A DNA stretch of 64,000 bases from positions 612,870,001-612,934,000 of the forward strand of contig NC_067400.1 of the NCBI RefSeq assembly GCF_016432865.1, given 5' to 3'. The number at the start of each line of letters is the position of its first letter. Position 1 is the stretch's first letter. Positions 60,215-64,000 of this stretch are shown here, one piece after another. The notes beneath the pieces were generated by a model, which saw nothing but the letters and a program-made list of their open reading frames with translations, searched no databases and had not been told where the DNA came from. The position numbers and the translations under genes were made by a program. This DNA is from Antechinus flavipes. Lineage: Eukaryota.

Positions 60215-61623
60215 AGTTCCAGACCCAGCTTGAGGTCTGAGACTGAACTTTTGCACTCCAAATATTATTTATGGAACAACACCCTTCTAATTTATTCATT
60301 CCCTCCACCCCTAACACTCACATACTTTATATGCCAGAGGATAGTTTTGTACTTTTGTATTTTTTCTATATTTTGTTAAATAAATAAGAAAACACACAAA
60401 AAATATTGAAAGCTCGTCTGTCGTTTTGTAGTTGTTTTCTGTGTGACTGTTTGTGGCTTTAAGCAAGTGTGGTTGTGGGTTTTTGTGTGTGGCTCTGAGC
60501 AGGTGAGTTTGTGGATTTGTAGGTTTGTGTGTGCAATTGTAGATCTGTATGTGGCTGTGAACAGGTAGGGTTATGAATGTGTGAATGCAATTGTGGGTTT
60601 GTGTATATAGTCAGAGGGCTGTGTATGGCTGTGAGCTGGTGGGATTGTGGGTTTGTATGTGTGGGTATAAGTGGGACTGTAGGATGTGTGCGTTGACCTG
60701 GATCTCCGTGTGGCTGCAGTCCGGGTCTCCTTTGACCTCGCTTGTGGGCTCCACTTTGCTGGGAAGGTAGTACCTGGGCTGGAAAATTAGATTGCATTTA
60801 ATAGGGACTCTAGTCGACCAATCCTGCCTGACTCTGAGTGAGCCCCTTGGACATAGGTGATAGGGACCAGGAATCAGTGTACCCTCTTAGCGGAGCCAGC
60901 TGGATGCTGGGCTTGGGAGACCATCAGACATAAAGAGATTTCTTGATTCAGCGTCCTCCCTTGAGAAAGAAGACAGTCCATGGAATTTGTGCATCTTGCC
61001 TCACTTGAAGAACAAAGACCCTATGGCATTTACACACAAATTTGCTTCTTCCTCTTCCTCAATCAGAGCAACTGAAGATGGAACATAAAATAAAGGGGGA
61101 TGGGGCAGAAAACAGAGTAATGATCGAAATGATGATTAAATAACAAATTATTGCAGAGATTTCTGACCTTACCCAAAATTTGGGCTACCTATCCTGTCTA
61201 GGGGGAGCTGTTTGCCCATTCAAGTAGGAAAACCTTTCCAAGAGATTCTAGTCCCAAGAAATGAAGTCTTCTGTGTTTTAGCCTGCTGAGACTGAGGAGA
61301 GGCAGAACCCTTTTGTCAAGACTGCCCTAGGTAGGGGTAGTTTGGATAAGAGTAAAGTCTCTTTGTCTAAGACTGAGTGATCCAATCAAATTCCCCCATT
61401 CCCTCATTAAGAGAAGCCCACCTCTCATTATAATATTCATTCTTCTCATGAATTTTTAAGCTATCGGTTAGTGCCATCCTTAGGAACAACTCTGATTCCC
61501 AAGTGTATATAAGCATTGACTGGCTTCCATGAGGAGTCTTTGGCACCCAGAAATGCCACTGATCCAAATGTCAAAGACCACTTTTAAATAATTAGGCTGC
61601 TATATGTATGTATGTGTGAAAAA

Positions 61624-62438
61624 AGAATCCAAAATAGGGGTCACAGAGAGTCAGGCAGGAATGAAACAATTCAACAAGAGTCAATGGACATTTCTTTTGT
61701 TTCCAGTTTTTTCTACTAGAAAAAAATATATGTTAAAATTAGCTAGATGGTACAGTGGTTAAAGTATGGGCCTTGAAGTCAGGAGGATCTGAGTTCAAAT
61801 GTGATCAGACACTTAAGACTTCCTAGCTATGTGAACCTGGGCAAGTCACTTAACCCTTACTTCCTCATGCAAAAAAAAAGGTGTAATATTATATATAGAT
61901 ATATAGATTCTTATTTCATATCAATGAGCTCTCTGGGGTATATGTCTAGCAATAGAATCTGGGTCAAAGAGCATGGACTAAAAGCTAAAAATCTTCTTCA
62001 TTTGCATAAGACATAATTGCTTTTTTAAATGATTGTACTAATTCACAACTCCACCAACAATGCATTTATGTACTATCCAGTACTTGTCCAAAAACTGACT
62101 TTTTCCAGTTTTTGTCATCTTTGACAATTCTCTGGGGAGGAAGTAAAACCTCAGAGTTGTTTTGATTTGCCTTCCACTTATCAGTGATTTGAGGTATTTT
62201 CTTATGTGATTGTATTCGTTTGTAATTTTTCTTCTGAGAACTGCTCACTATTCTAACAACTTTTGACCATGTTTCTGTTGGGAACTGTCTATTAAAGTTA
62301 CGTTCACTGGAGGGACCTTTGTTGAAGCATAATCCATAGGCAGGTCTGTGAATCTGATGTAGTAGTCACTTCCTTCTGCACCCCGCCCCCCCACCCCACC
62401 CCCTACCTTTATCCCCAGCCAGAGATTCATCCTGATAC
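61624..62438 (+). repeat. Direct repeat X2 (~0.8 kb) downstream of IFNL copy B
   Basis: Second copy of 57925-58704; not followed by IFNL sequence. Confidence 0.92.
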
Positions 62439-64000
62439 CTGCAATACCAAATTAGGAAGACTCAACTAAAGAAGTGTAGGTCTCAGAGAAAGGAGATTAC
62501 TGTGGAATTTTTGTTTTCTGGGAAGGGTATCTACGCAACAGGGTAGTAGCACAAGTCTTGAGGAGATTGGGGGGCCCTGAAAACAACATCAAATACAGTT
62601 CTTTTTCATTGAGAAGTAATGGATTTTTCTCTTTCTGTTTTGGTTTATTCACTTTTACATCTTTAGCATCTTAGGTGTGTTTTCTACATGATTAAATACA
62701 AGTTTCCTCATCCCTAAAGTTCATACTATACATTAAATATCTGTATGAGTTGGGGGCTCTCTTACCTACATTTAGAGAAACTGAGTCATGCGCTATGGTT
62801 TATTTTGGAGTTTTTCCTGCATTAATTGCAGGTGTGTTTGGGGGGAAGATGAAAGAAAAGAAACTGACTTCTTTGGATTCCTTCAGATTAGGAATATTTC
62901 CTGTGAGTTTATAATTTTCATGGGGCAGTGAGGAAGAGGTTCCCAAGTTGTGAATACACATGAAGAGTAAATTATTTAAGATGAGGGAAAAAATATGCTG
63001 AACAATCAAAGCAGTGTTGCCCATTTGAAAGAGTTATTGACATCCCCAAATAGAAAATGGATGGGCGAACAGATATTGACCCAGATAATAAAAGTTTCTA
63101 GAGAAGTTTAGCCTGTGTAAATCAAAGGACTCTATAAGCCACTTGAGTCAGCAAATGTCTGATCTATTTGCCAAGTGGAGAGATGTGGTAGCTAAGGGCA
63201 GTACCAATTTTACAATATAAAACGGTAAGTTGGTAAGGAAGAATTTGAGCAGTATCAACTCAGGAAACAGCGAGAAGCAGAGAAATTTGGAGAAAGCTTG
63301 GCAGGATCTTGGCAACTAAAAACATTCATCATGAGGACATTTAAAGATGAAAGTGGAAATAACAAAAGATTAAAGTCCAGAAAGAGAAGTAAATATTTTC
63401 ATGTAACACCTGTGGACAGTGTGTGACACTTGGTGAGTACTCCATGTGTCAACTGGTCCACAGCAGCTGTGTAAGAAGTCTATGTCATCGATTTTCGTGT
63501 CATCATCTTGAAACCCACAGGAAATCAGTATTCCTTGATTCAGTGGGGGGCTGGGGGGGGGAGGGAGAGGACAGCATATTTGAACTGTCCCCCAGATGGT
63601 GCTATAGATTCAAGTCACCAACCAAGTGGTCTCATCAGGGTCTCTGGCACCAAACCTCCCTCACCCCACCAAGCAGTCTGGCTCTAAACAAATGCGCAAG
63701 TAAGCCAAAACAAAACTTGATCAAAAGAAAATCTATTCTGACCAGGTTCTGAATGCAGATTAGAGGGTTATGAAATATTAAAAACATTAAAATGTGAAAT
63801 CATTGGTCTCCACAGAACTCAAAGTCCCCCAACGCTTCATCTGGTCTTTATCCGTTGAAACAACCTCTTTTCTCTCAATTCATAAGGCTATAGCCACATA
63901 AGAAAAAATGTAGGAAAAAGGGTTCAGTGTGCTTGCTTGGAGTATTTTTAATCCCAAACTTATCACCAAACTTCCTTTTCCTTGCCTTATTGCCATTTTT

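Noticed and set aside
62440-63670. Possible further IFNL gene or IFNL4 pseudogene after repeat X2
   Set aside because: No recognisable IFNL exon, promoter or splice pattern by eye; a sensitive profile search would be needed to exclude a decayed remnant.

Overview
Mammalian genomic DNA, most likely a dasyurid-type marsupial (inferred from WSINE1/MAR1-like CORE-SINEs, RTE remnants and marsupial L1 3' ends; the species cannot be fixed without a search). It is syntenic with the eutherian SAMD4B-GMFG-LRFN1-IFNL locus. The left 27 kb is GC-rich: a CpG-island promoter with a probable non-coding first exon on the minus strand (SAMD4B by synteny), a complete 7-exon GMFG (142 aa), LRFN1/SALM2 (778 aa, two coding exons plus candidate 5' exons) and an intact 5-exon IFNL4 orthologue. 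The right 37 kb is AT- and transposon-rich and holds two intact 5-exon IFNL3-like paralogues (copy A 50232-51616, copy B 58884-60214; 191 aa each) inside a patchwork of local duplications. Main leads: (1) the paralogues appear to have split the interferon promoter toolkit, with A keeping a triple-IRF/ISRE but a broken kB site and B keeping a perfect kB site but truncated exactly at the ISRE; (2) IFNL4 has a near-dead intron-3 donor and a stop-free, in-frame 150-nt intron plus an elongated exon 4; (3) copy B is bracketed by ~0.8-kb direct repeats and a third gene-less copy of the 3' flank exists, suggesting an expanding/contracting cassette; (4) A and B diverge in helix A/F exons but share a 145-bp identical exon-3 tract. 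All calls are from manual reading and recalled family knowledge; no searches were run.
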